Source: Octopus bimaculoides (lineage: Eukaryota). From it: a DNA stretch of 61,133 bases. The DNA lies in assembly GCF_001194135.2 (NCBI RefSeq), contig NC_068983.1, forward strand, positions 36,419,545-36,480,677, read 5' to 3'. The position numbers and the translations under genes were made by a program. Below, piece by piece: positions 26,793 to 39,372 of this stretch. The stretch's first letter is position 1; the number at the start of each line of letters is the position of its first letter. Below the pieces are notes generated by a model that was not told where the DNA came from, did no database searches, and saw only the letters and a program-made list of their open reading frames with translations.

Positions 26793-26845
26793 CTTGGATA
26801 TATTAACAAGTTGTAGCATGAATACATTTTCTCATCAACTCCATT
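26793..26845 (-). CDS. Candidate exon (53 nt, phase 0 to 2)
   Basis: Acceptor ctttcattttgtttagattag and donor AAG|GTAAAG. Open frame NGVDEKMYSCYNLLIYP; no homology recognised. Confidence 0.2.
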
Positions 26846-27169
26846 CTAATCTAAACAAAATGAAAGCTAATCTAAACAAAACTGTCAATGTCAGGGAATT
26901 TTCATTATTCCTTTTTTCCCTTTATTTTATTTCATTTCAGTTTTTATCTTTGCCAGAAACAAAAAAATAAATCAATAAAAAAAAACAACATAGTCTCAAA
27001 TATTTGTCCATACAAACTTTACTTTGTTAAATGAGCCCAAACATGGAAAGCATTTCGTTTGTTAAATTTCACCTTTTTCAGTTAAGTTGGTGTTGACCTA
27101 TGACTAGAAATGGGAAGGACAATTCACAATTGCTTTTGTTCTTGCTTTCTTCTTTGTCTGTTTGTGCAT

Positions 27170-27470
27170 GTGTGTATATCTATCTATCTATTTGTCTGTC
27201 TATCATTCTATCTATCTGTCTATCATTCTTTCTATTGTTCTATCTCTCTATCTGTCTCTCTATCGTTCTATCTATTGTTCTATCTCTCTATCTGTCTGTC
27301 TGTCTGCCTATCTGTCTATCATTCTATCTGTCTATTGTTCTATCTATCTGTTTATCGTTCTATCTATCTATTGTTCTATCTGTCTAACTATCTGTCTATC
27401 ATTTTATCTATCTATCTATCTATCTGTCTATCTTTCTATCTATCTATCTATCTATCTATCTATCCATCCA
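27170..27470. repeat. (TCTA)n/(TCTG)n compound microsatellite
   Basis: Directly visible. Confidence 0.9.
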
Positions 27471-28843
27471 TCAGCTAGCATATTGTCCATACTAGCATGG
27501 GTTAGATGGTTTCACAAGTGCTGGCAAGCTGGAGAGCTGCACCAAACTCCAATTGTTTTTTAGCCATGGTTTCTACAGCTGGATACCCTTCCTGACACCA
27601 ACTGCTTTACAGAGTGTACTAGGTGTCTCTTACAAGGCACTGGCATGAATGAATTTTACATGGCACCAGCACGGGTAGAGATAGATACAAGAAATTACTA
27701 TAAATACATATTTATATTATTTGTTCCTCCACACATTTTTCCATTGTGGTTAACTGGAACTTCAGCATTGGATGATCCAAGTACAATTGGGTATGTAACC
27801 ACAACACTTCAGGGAACCACTTTATTGCATTATGTTACAGGAAACTAATGTGGTTAAGCATTCAACTGCACTTGCAAACATCCAAAGCAGAGTTTCAAAG
27901 AACCACAGTGGTAAAATGTACACAGGAACAAATGGTATATTCTGTTTATCATAATTTCTCTGCATTTGCTTAGCATATCATAACTAATAACACTATTCAA
28001 TAGCAACTTAACCACTATACTGGAAGCAGACTGGATGATGATAATCTATGTGGAGCTCTGAACTTAACAGTAACAACAATTGAAAATTTAAATGTGAATA
28101 TTTTCATAAATAAACCAAAGAGGAGGAAATGAAATAAAAATCATCATCATCATCATTTAATGTCTGCTTTCCATGCTGGTATGGGTTGGACGGTTTGACT
28201 GAGGGCTGGTAAGCCAGAAGGCTGCACCAGGCTCCAATCTGATCTGGGAAAATTTCTATAGCTGGATGCCCTTCCTAATGCCAACCACTCCAGGAATGTA
28301 GTGGGTGCTTTTTACATGCCACCAGCATGAAGGCCAGTCAAGCGGTACTAGCATCGACCACGCTTGAATGGTGTGTTTTTACGTGCTACAAGCACAGGAG
28401 CCAGTCAGGTGGCACTGGCTACAACCACGCTCGAATGGTACTTTTTACATGCCACCGGTTTGGGACCAGTCACGCAAGAACAAAATGTGTTCAAAAACTG
28501 AAATTAACATTAAATTAAAACAAAAATAAAAGTTTCTATGTTTTACTAATTTGCATTAAATAGCAGTTTTTGTTTTAACCCTTTTGATACCAACCCTAAC
28601 CACTCCTGGTTCTATGATACAAACTTCTTGCTTCAACCCTCTAACATTTAGATTACTCTGTCAAATCCATGTCTGTTTATTCACATTAGTTTGAATTAAT
28701 CATGGATAATTTTGAATAATTGGATAATTTTGAAATATTGAATGATGTGACTTTTTAAAATTGTAGGGTTGGTGTGAGAGGCCAGATCTGGCCAGTTTCA
28801 ACATAAAACAGGTTGAAAATAGGGGACAGATATAGCCTTTTAA

Positions 28844-29059
28844 CCCTTTCATTACTGTATTAATTTTGAGATGCTCTGTGTTTCTTTCAATTAAATATAA
28901 CAAAGAATTTAGTAAACTAACTTAGTTATCATTCAGCTTGTGTTAGGAACATAAAATGTGACTAAGGTTTGGTGGAAGATTTTAATTCAAAACTTACGAA
29001 AACAAGACATTTGTACTACAGAGCCAGAGGCAGTTTCAGCTGGGTTTGTATCAAAAGGG
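28844..29059. mobile_element. piggyBac-type MITE (family 1)
   Basis: TTAA on both sides and CCCTTT / AAAGGG termini. Related copies occur at 29080-29197, 34936-35149, 46425-46622 and 17291-17829. Confidence 0.8.
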
Positions 29060-30035
29060 TTAAGAATTATATATTTTAACCCTTTTGTTACCATATTTCT
29101 GTTGAGATGTTCTGTGTTTCTTTCAATTAAATATAACAAAGAATTTAGTAAACTAACTTAGTTATCATTCAGCTTGTGTTAGGAACATAAAATGTGANNN
29201 NNNNNNNNNNNNNNNNNNNNNNNNNNNNNNNNNNNNNNNNNNNNNNNNNNNNNNNNNNNNNNNNNNNNNNNNNNNNNNNNNNNNNNNNNNNNNNNNNNNN
29301 NNNNNNNNNNNNNNNNNNNNNNNNNNNNNNNNNNNNNNNNNNNNNNNNNNNNNNNNNNNNNNNNNNNNNNNNNNNNNNNNNNNNNNNNNNNNNNNNNNNN
29401 NNNNNNNNNNNNNNNNNNNNNNNNNNNNNNNNNNNNNNNNNNNNNNNNNNNNNNNNNNNNNNNNNNNNNNNNNNNNNNNNNNNNNNNNNNNNNNNNNNNN
29501 NNNNNNNNNNNNNNNNNNNNNNNNNNNNNNNNNNNNNNNNNNNNNNNNNNNNNNNNNNNNNNNNNNNNNNNNNNNNNNNNNNNNNNNNNNNNNNNNNNNN
29601 NNNNNNNNNNNNNNNNNNNNNNNNNNNNNNNNNNNNNNNNNNNNNNNNNNNNNNNNNNNNNNNNNNNNNNNNNNNNNNNNNNNNNNNNNNNNNNNNNNNN
29701 NNNNNNNNNNNNNNNNNNNNNNNNNNNNNNNNNNNNNNNNNNNNNNNNNNNNNNNNNNNNNNNNNNNNNNNNNNNNNNNNNNNNNNNNNNNNNNNNNNNN
29801 NNNNNNNNNNNNNNNNNNNNNNNNNNNNNNNNNNNNNNNNNNNNNNNNNNNNNNNNNNNNNNNNNNNNNNNNNNNNNNNNNNNNNNNNNNNNNNNNNNNN
29901 NNNNNNNNNNNNNNNNNNNNNNNNNNNNNNNNNNNNNNNNNNNNNNNNNNNNNNNNNNNNNNNNNNNNNNNNNNNNNNNNNNNNNNNNNNNNNNNNNNNN
30001 NNNNNNNNNNNNNNNNNNNNNNNNNNNNNNNNNNC

Positions 30036-30096
<61 letters not shown>

Positions 30097-30097
30097 T

Positions 30098-30240
30098 TGA
30101 AAAATACCTTAGGAATGAGAACCCAGGTTCAAAATTTCCCCAAGATACCTGATGAAGGCTGGAGGGTATATCAGCCGAAATGTGTTAACAAACAAGATGA
30201 GAACAAATATCCGTCAATTGTAAATAATGTAAATAATGTA
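30098..30240 (+). mobile_element. Penelope-like element terminal fragment with a decayed hammerhead core
   Basis: CTGATGA (30149-30155), stem GGCTG/CAGCC, then GAAA (30177-30180), followed by an AT-rich GTAAATAAT repeat. Confidence 0.55.
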
Positions 30241-30559
30241 CAATTGCATTGTGATAGAGTCATTTCAGGCTTGCTGTTATGTAATTAATTTTGTATATGA
30301 GGTATCAAATTCACTCTTAAGAATCAAAGAATATTCAGCACCTAACTATTACGTTTTGACATACATCTATGACCTGGTCAATATTATGTGATTTCCCTCC
30401 AGCTACAAATGATGATGATGACAGTGATGATGATAATTGCTGGTAGCAATAGCAGCAGTGGTATCGTCATCATCATCATCATCCATTGTTGTTCAACCTT
30501 GGCTTTCTATGGTTGCATGGATCATTCCTGAAATTTTTCAAGGGTGGGGTAAGGGATCA

Positions 30560-31322
30560 CTCAATTACATCAAACCCACGATTTAACGATCATAAGTATA
30601 ACACCCTCACGATTAGGCCATGTGCCTTCACATACAATAACAATGATAATAATGGACGTCAAAGAAAGTTTGTTTACTGCCTAGTGCAGGAATTGAACCC
30701 ATGATTTAGCAATCATGAGTACAACACCCTCACGACTTGGCCATGCGTTGTCACATGTTGTTGTTGTTGTTGGCACTCCGTCGCTTACGACGTTGAGGGT
30801 TCCAGTTGATTAGATCAACGGAACAGCCTGCTCGTGAAATTAACATGCAAGTGGCTGAGCGCTCCACAGACATGTGTACCCTTAACGTAGTTCTCAGGAT
30901 ATTCAGCATGACACAGAGTGTGACAAGGCTGACCCTTTGAATTACAGGCACAACAGAAACAGGAAGTAAGAGTGAGAGAAAGTTGTGGTGGAAGAGTACA
31001 GCAGGGTTCGCCACCATCCCCTGCCGGAGCCTCGTGGAGCTTTAGGTGTTTTCGCTCAATAAACACTCACAACACCTGGTCTGGGAATTGAAACCGCGAT
31101 CCTATGACCGCGAGTCCGCTGCCCTAACCACTGGGCCATTTTGCCTCCTCCTGCGTTGTCACATACAATAATAATAATGGACATCAAAGAGAGTCTGTTT
31201 TCTGGCTAGTCCAGGAATTGAACCCAGAATTTAGAGATCATGAATACAACACCCTCATGGCTAGGCCATGCGCCTTCACATACAATAACAATGGACATCA
31301 AAGAGAGTTTGTTTTCAGTAGT
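30560..31322 (-). repeat. Tandem array of about 120-bp units, each containing a tRNA-like SINE head, split by the SINE at 30757-31151
   Basis: Units at about 30560-30630 (partial), 30631-30756, 31165-31282 and 31283-31322 (partial) share ACAATAA..ATGGAC.TCAAAGA and GGAATTGAACCC..GGCCATG. Confidence 0.8.
30757..31151 (-). mobile_element. Young tRNA-derived SINE (family C head) with a (CAA)n tail
   Basis: 13-bp TSD TGCGTTGTCACAT (30744-30756 and 31152-31164). A and B box-like head; CpG-rich. Confidence 0.9.
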
Positions 31323-33817
31323 AATACTGATAAATACGTTAGTCCCTGAAGCTCAGTTTGGCATTAAGGAAAATAACAGTTGTGACATCAGGTTATAGAG
31401 AAAGTTATGCAGGCGTGCTTACATTAAGAAATAGCCCTCAGCAATGTGCAATTTGAAAGCAGTGAAATATTTCAGGTACATTTCAGCTGGTTAATTGTTT
31501 AACGGATCAAATTCCTTTGTGAGCCATCAACACAATAATTATAGTAGGTGCAGAGAGAGATTATGGATAGCAAGAGGGAGGGTGTGGGGAGTAAGGAAGG
31601 GGAGTTGTAGGAGGAGAAGAAGGAAAGAGAGAGAGAGTGACAATGAAGTGGCACAATGGTGGTGGTGGTGGTGGTGGTGGTAACAATGTGATGGGGGTGG
31701 GGGTGTAATATACTTGTAGCAGTGGTGGTGGAGACATTAATGTGAGTAGTAAAGGTGGAAAAATGGTATCAGCTGATGATGGAGGTGGTGGTAGTAGTAG
31801 TAACTATGGTAATGATAGTGGTGATGGTGGCAGAGGGGGAGCACAATTAACTAACAGAAGGAAAAATAAATCAAAACAAAATCACACAATGTTTTTATTT
31901 TCAGTGTGTGTGTGCATGAGAAAGCGAGAGGAAGATAGATAGATAGATAGATAGATAGAGGGAGTGTTTGTGTGTGTAACAGATACAGAAAGATTGAGAA
32001 AGGGAGGAGAATGAGGTGATAACTACAAAGTAAACGATATCCTTCATATCTAATATAGAAATGACTAAATTTGAATTTAGACACAAAATAGAACTGCGAA
32101 GTTAAGAGAGAGAGAGTGAGAGGAAGACAAAGCTATTATGATCTGGGTTTTGTTCAATACATCAGCCAAATCTTTCTGTGTTGACCTTCTTATTTCATTT
32201 TTTTTTCCAAGAAAAACTCTGCTTTAATGAGAATAGAAGGTTTACACTAGATATCCTAGAGGTCTTCTTTCATGCTCTTCAGTAAAAAATGGGACATCTT
32301 ATTACAGTTATTTATGATTTGATTGCCAGTTGAAGGGGAATCAATTTTTTGATAAGCTATCTTCATGTCATAAGGTTTATTCAAAGAAAATTAAATGGTG
32401 CAACTAATAACTAATGTATTATCAGCACTCCACAGGTATTAGGATAATATGGATAGTTTTCCCCTTAACTATGTGGTTTAGAGGTCCAGTCCCACAGAAG
32501 TCCCATTGTATGAGTAAGTGGCTTCTACGATAGCCCCAGATCAACCAAAGCCATGTAAGTGAATCTGGTAGACTGAAAGCAACCTATTCTTTTGGAGTAT
32601 GAACAAATTATGAAGATTCTAAGACTGATAAATTTACCAGGGTTGGTCAAGTGATGTAAAAGGGTTGGTCAAGTGATGTAAACACCACTGATGAAACCCC
32701 ACCCCAATAGCCTCAGGGTCCCTGAAAAGGATCATGGGTAATGGAAGCTGAAGAACAAATGAAGACATTTAATGGTGGTGCATCAACATGGCCGCAGCTT
32801 TCAGCTGAAACTATAGAAGAAAAAAAAATATTAAAGGTGTAAGAGAGTAGAATGGTGGAGTGGGTTATTTACTGTGTTAAATTCGGTATCAAATCATGCC
32901 AGAACCAATTTTGTCTTTCATCTCTCTAAGACAATAAAATAAGGATAACTCTCTCCTTAACAAAATAATAACATTCTAAGCACTGGTGTTAGTGCCACAT
33001 GAAAAGCAATGGTGATGGTGTCACTTTGTAAAGTGGATGGTATAAGGAAGGGCATCCAGCTATAGAAACCAGGCCAAAACAGACTATGGAGTCTATGTGG
33101 CTTCTAGCCTTGCCAGCTCCTCTCAAACTGTGCAACCCATGATAGCATGGAAAACAGACATTAATAATGATGACGGCAAAAATGACAATATTAGGAAAAG
33201 AAATAAATTTTATATGTTTTGTTTGTTAACAAAGCATATTGGTATACACTGGCTGATGCCAGTGCCGCCTGACTGGCTCCTATGCCGCTGGCACATAAAA
33301 ATCACCCACTACACTCTCCGAGTGGTTGGCATTAAGAAGGGCATCCAGTCATAGAAACACTGCCAGATCAGATTGGTGCCTGGTATGGCCTCCTGGTTTG
33401 CCAGTACCCAGTCAAACCATCCAACCCATGCCAGCATGAAAAACAGATGTTAAACCATGATGATGATAATGATGATGAACATTTTGTCTAGAAGTCGTAT
33501 GCTAAGGAGTTTACGCTCGAAGAAAGATCTAAAAATTCAATCCCCGCTCCACACACATACATATGGGTAAAAAACAAAAAAAAAAAAACGATCCAGTCAG
33601 ATAGTTGGGGGTCTATATGAGCAAAAATAACTGTATTTAACAACAAAATTATTTAAGTTGATAAGCTCTAGATAGGAGCAGTGTTGGAAACTTTCCCTCA
33701 AAGCAGTGTCACAGCATGGCTGCAGTCCAATGACAGAGAAAAGTTAAAATAGAGTATAAAAGATACATACATACATTCATACATACAAACATACATACAA
33801 ACATGTATACATACATA

Positions 33818-34345
33818 CAGATTTGGGATAGAGAAGAGAAACTGTGTACAGTTGTGGAAATTAGCTGCCCAGTTGTGGAAATTAACATAAAGCTGAAGAT
33901 CAGTGAAAAGGAGAACACCTATGTTGAACTGTTGAGAAATCTGCAGTTACTCTATCCAGATTACAAGTTCACATTTATACCTGTAATTATTGGGGCCCTG
34001 AGATATGTAACACTGCCTAAATACCAATCTTGAGAAATTAGGCTTCTCAAAACCAGAAAGGAGAAAGCTAATTTGAAGGCTACAGATCCAATCCATCACT
34101 GGAACTGTAAAAATCTGTAAAACTTTCCAGAAGTTTATCATTTAAATATATATGAGCATGTCTAGATATGTATTTATATGCATGAGAAAACATACATAAA
34201 ACATAAAAATCCGCACATACATACATACAAACAAACATACCCTGTTGTTGATGTTGAAATTCTAATGAAGGAACCTTGGATCTAGGATAGAAACCTCTAT
34301 TGGAAACAAATCTTGAAATCAACTTAATAATGACATACATACATA
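33818..34345 (+). mobile_element. R4/Dong-like non-LTR retrotransposon 3' end (RLE domain) embedded in (CATA)n
   Basis: WDREEKLCTVVEISCP...KENTYVELL...FIPVIIGAL...LQIQSITGTVKICKTFQKFII* with one frameshift and one stop. CATA repeats lie on both sides. Confidence 0.8.
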
Positions 34346-34375
34346 TGCTATATAAGCTTGGTTTTATAAATTAAT

Positions 34376-34677
34376 ATTTTTTTTCTACCCTTCTAAAGCT
34401 CATGGGCCCGGTTTCCCGGTTTCTATGGCGTATGTATTCCCCCCAGCTGGACGGGATGCTAGTCCATCACAGTGTTACTCATGAAACAGGAAGAAAGAGT
34501 GAGAGAAAGTTGGGGTGAAAGAGTACAACAGGGGTTGCCACCTCCCCCTGCCAGAGCCTCGTGGAGCTTTAGGTGTTTTTGCTCAATAAACACTCACAAC
34601 GCCCGGTCTGGGAATCGAAACCACGATCCTCTGACTGCGAATCCGCTGCCCTAACCACTGGGCCATTGCGCCTCCAC
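34376..34677 (-). mobile_element. SINE family C with an alternative 3' module
   Basis: 10-bp TSD ATAAATTAAT (34366-34375 and 34678-34687). The head is nearly identical to that of the 30757 copy. Confidence 0.85.
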
Positions 34678-35188
34678 ATAAATTAATGTAATAAACCTAA
34701 ATACATAAAACAGAGTACTTATATTTTTTATTAACCAAAGAACTGTAGCAAATCAAGGGTCATGCATGGCGGCTTCTAATCAGTGTCGTGACATCCTGTT
34801 GTGTAACGCACTCATACAATGGGTGTCTTGAGGTTTTAAATTTGAATAACATGACTGACACAAAAAAATGTCAAGAAGGGTGTTGCATACCTTAAATGTA
34901 GGGAAATAGAGTGGTGAAGGTTATAGAAGCATTAACCCTTTTGTTACTGTATTTATTTTGAGATGCTCTGTGTTTCATTCAATTACTTTAAATATAATGA
35001 AGAATTTAGTAAAACAACTTAGTTATCATTAAGCTAGTGTTAGGGACATAAATTGTGAGTAAGGTTTAGTGGAAGATTTTATTTCAAAACTTATGAAAAC
35101 AAGACATCTGTACTCAGAGCCAGTTTCAGCTGGGTTGGTAATGAAAGGACTAAACATCATAGGTTTAGTGCTTCCTGAATGCACTTAT

Positions 35189-35228
<40 letters not shown>

Positions 35229-36069
35229 TGCGTGCGTGCGGGCGTGCATGTGTGTGTGTGAATTGGGACGCCAAAGGAATAAACAATTATTTGTCATTCC
35301 AATTTCTTATGAAGCTCTGTACTCAACTGATGCTTTGTTCTGAAGCTTATGTGTAGTAAATTCCAACACCAGGTTGTTAGTATTGCTGTGCCAATGAGAA
35401 GTTCTTTTATTTCTTTCAGTCCTTTGACTGCGACCATGCTGGAGCACCACCTTTGCCGAACTGCTAAATTNNNNNNNNNNNNNNNNNNNNNNNNNNNNNN
35501 NNNNNNNNNNNNNNNNNNNNNNNNNNNNNNNNNNNNNNNNNNNNNNNNNNNNNNNNNNNNNNNNNNNNNNNNNNNNNNNNNNNNNNNNNNNNNNNNNNNN
35601 NNNNNNNNNNNNNNNNNNNNNNNNNNNNNNNNNNNNNNNNNNNNNNNNNNNNNNNNNNNNNNNNNNNNNNNNNNNNNNNNNNNNNNNNNNNNNNNNNNNN
35701 NNNNNNNNNNNNNNNNNNNNNNNNNNNNNNNNNNNNNNNNNNNNNNNNNNNNNNNNNNNNNNNNNNNNNNNNNNNNNNNNNNNNNNNNNNNNNNNNNNNN
35801 NNNNNNNNNNNNNNNNNNNNNNNNNNNNNNNNNNNNNNNNNNNNNNNNNNNNNNNNNNNNNNNNNNNNNNNNNNNNNNNNNNNNNNNNNNNNNNNNNNNN
35901 NNNNNNNNNNNNNNNNNNNNNNNNNNNNNNNNNNNNNNNNNNNNNNNNNNNNNNNNNNNNNNNNNNNNNNTATATATATGACAGGCTTCTTTCAGTTTCT
36001 ATCTACCAAATCCGCTCACAAAGCTTTGGTTGGCCCGAGGCTATAGTAGAAGACACTTGCTCATAGTGC

Positions 36070-36106
<37 letters not shown>

Positions 36107-38292
36107 GATGGGCTTCCTTCAGTTTCTATCTACCAAGTTCACTTACAAAGCTTTGCCCATGGTGCCATGCAGTGAGATTGAACCCAGGAGCATGTGGTTG
36201 GTAAGCAAGCTTCTTACCACACAGCCACTCTTGCGCCTATTAATATATCATCATCATCCTTTAGTGTCTGCTTTCCATGCTGGCATGGGTTAGATGGTTT
36301 GGCTGAAACTGGTAAGCTGGAGAGCCTCACCATGTTATAGTCTGATTTGGTATGGTTTCTATGGCTGGATGCTCTTCCTAATGCCAACCACTCCAAGGGT
36401 GTAATGGGTGCTTTTTCCATGCCACCAGCATGGGTACTAGTTACATGACACCAGCATCAGCCATACTAGGATTTTACTTGGCTTGACGAGTCTTCTCAAG
36501 CACGGCATATCACCAACTGCCTCAGTCACTTGTCATTGCCTCTGTGAAGCCCAACATTCGAAAGGTGCTTTTTACATGCCACTGGCATGGGTGCCAGTTA
36601 TATGATACTGGTATCAGCCACAACTACAATATATACATATATATTTGAAGAAATGAGTAGAGATTGCTTCGGGGGGGGGGGGATAATTTTTATTTTAATG
36701 ATAATGTTTACAGTTACTTTAATGAATTTCGAACTTTTCTATAGCTGTTTTTAAACTGAAATTCTGTGGTTCAAAAGGTTGTTTATATAGCAAAAGATTT
36801 TTTCTTACAAGTATACAAATATACATACATACATATATATATATATATANNNNNNNNNNNNNNNNNNNNNNNNNNNNNNNNNNNNNNNNNNNNNNNNNNN
36901 NNNNNNNNNNNNNNNNNNNNNNNNNNNNNNNNNNNNNNNNNNNNNNNNNNNNNNNNNNNNNNNNNNNNNNNNNNNNNNNNNNNNNNNNNNNNNNNNNNNN
37001 NNNNNNNNNNNNNNNNNNNNNNNNNNNNNNNNNNNNNNNNNNNNNNNNNNNNNNNNNNNNNNNNNNNNNNNNNNNNNNNNNNNNNNNNNNNNNNNNNNNN
37101 NNNNNNNNNNNNNNNNNNNNNNNNNNNNNNNNNNNNNNNNNNNNNNNNNNNNNNNNNNNNNNNNNNNNNNNNNNNNNNNNNNNNNNNNNNNNNNNNNNNN
37201 NNNNNNNNNNNNNNNNNNNNNNNNNNNNNNNNNNNNNNNNNNNNNNNNNNNNNNNNNNNNNNNNNNNNNNNNNNNNNNNNNNATATATATATATATAATT
37301 ATGTGTATTTCTTCTATCTTAATGAATAAAAATTCTTCTGATAGAATAAATGGGTTAATAGAAACCAATGTAGCAAAGAACACAAAATAACTGTGGTTTA
37401 GTTCCTGTTTTTAAGGCAGGAACTCCTTGAAATTTTGGGTATTTGAGTATATTTAAGAATTTGGAAAGTGGACATAAAGTGGTGATGATCATATGTCAAC
37501 TATATCTGTATCTATCTACCTATCCATATGCACACACATACACATCAACTAGTACATACATTTGTCCAAACTTTGCTAACATGATGAACAGCAAACATGA
37601 AATAATGGCAGTTTATATACATATATATATATATGAAATGGAATGTGGAGGACAGAATCAGTGGATCACTGGACAAAATAATTTGTGGTATCTGGTTTTG
37701 TCGCTTTATGTTCTGAGTTCAAATTCCACTCAGGTTCCTTTTGCTTTTCACTCATATGGGCTCAATAAAATAAGTATAAGAGTTGTTGGAATCAATTATA
37801 CTCCCACAAGGTGTTGCCCCAGTATGGCCATAATACAGTGACTGAAACCATCTTTTTATCTTTTACTTGTCTTGGTCATTAGACTAAAAACAAGTAAACA
37901 AAATGCTGGGGCATCACCTTAAAAATTTTTTAGTCGAATGAAGTGACCAATTCCTAGTTTTTTTTTTTAAAACTTGCTACTTATTCTACCAGTCTCTTTT
38001 GATGAACTGCTAAGTTATGGGGGGACAGAAGCACACCAACACACACACACAGAGGTTTCATTTCTGTCCACCAAATCCACTTGAGGCTTTGGTTGGCCTG
38101 AAGCAAGGTTCCACACAGTTGGATTGAACCTGGAACCATGTGGGGGAGAAAGCTTCTTACCACTCAGCTATGCCATTGAAGGAAAAAGGGATGAAAAAAT
38201 TCAAGCAAATTCAAGCACCCTGTAGAGATCAAACCCAGCCAACTAAATTGTCCAGGAAATGCCACAGTAATCTATGTAGGTTATAAATTCAC

Positions 38293-38402
38293 TTTGCCAC
38301 TAGTTCGGTTCTTGATGGTGTCACAAGGGTGTTACAATGCGTATTGAGAAATTTTAGATGTGACAGAACCCATTTCTCCCTAGGTCCATCAATTACCGAT
38401 TT
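38293..38402 (-). CDS. Candidate next exon (110 nt, phase 0 to 2)
   Basis: Long pyrimidine tract ending in AAG. Only the phase-0 frame is open (KSVIDGPREKWVLSHLKFLNTHCNTLVTPSRTELVA). Donor GTGAAT is weak and no homology was recognised. Confidence 0.2.
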
Positions 38403-38563
38403 CTTAAAGAAAAGACAGGCAGAAAAAAAAATGAGGAAAATAAAAATCCCAGTACAGATTTGGGAGTTTATCAACATCAAAATGATGATAAACAAAGTCG
38501 GCCTTGGTGAAATTTGAATTCAGAATGCATAGGGTCACAACAATTACCACAAGACAATCTACG

Positions 38564-38625
<62 letters not shown>

Positions 38626-39340
38626 ATTGTTATTAATCCAAACAAATACAGGAATAGAAGAAAAGAAGTGGAAAATGCACAGAATATACATAAGAGTTAA
38701 TCAGGATTTAAATATATTTTACAATATAAGAAGACACTTGACCAGTTTCAAATTAGATTTTCAAAAGTGTATAGTGTTTGGAGTTGTGTTGCAAATTATG
38801 TCTATTCTGGCCATTGTTATAAAAATAGTTTGTTTTTAAAGTAGGAATACATATGATTTTAATTAAGGATTTAGAAGCACTTCATAAAATAACATTTTCA
38901 TTGTCAAACTTAAAAATTTCTGAAGTTTCTTGCATAAAATTATGACAAAAGTTTTAAGTTATGATATGTACATTTTAAAATGAGACACTATATATTAAAA
39001 CCTGAAGCAGTTTTAGCCAGGATGGTATCAAAAGAAGCAATTGGTATAAAAAAATAAATTCTTCAAATTTTCAAAGAATTATAGTATTTTAAAAATTATT
39101 TTTTAAAATTAAGATGTGAAAATCAAGACAATAAATAGTTCAATTTTTTATATATACCAAAAAGTTTTTAGTAATCTATATAACATTCACAGACACATTA
39201 TACTATATACAAATACGTATACATATAAATATATACATACACATGCATATGTAAAAATATGTATATATATGATGCATGTCTATTAGTAGATATATCTGGA
39301 ATAAAGAGTGCCAAATTAACAATAAATAAATATGTGTGTA

Positions 39341-39372
<32 letters not shown>

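Noticed and set aside
29165-37383. Long ORFs of 187-364 aa in the track around 29-30 kb and 35-37 kb
   Set aside because: They are open only because they run through N gaps.
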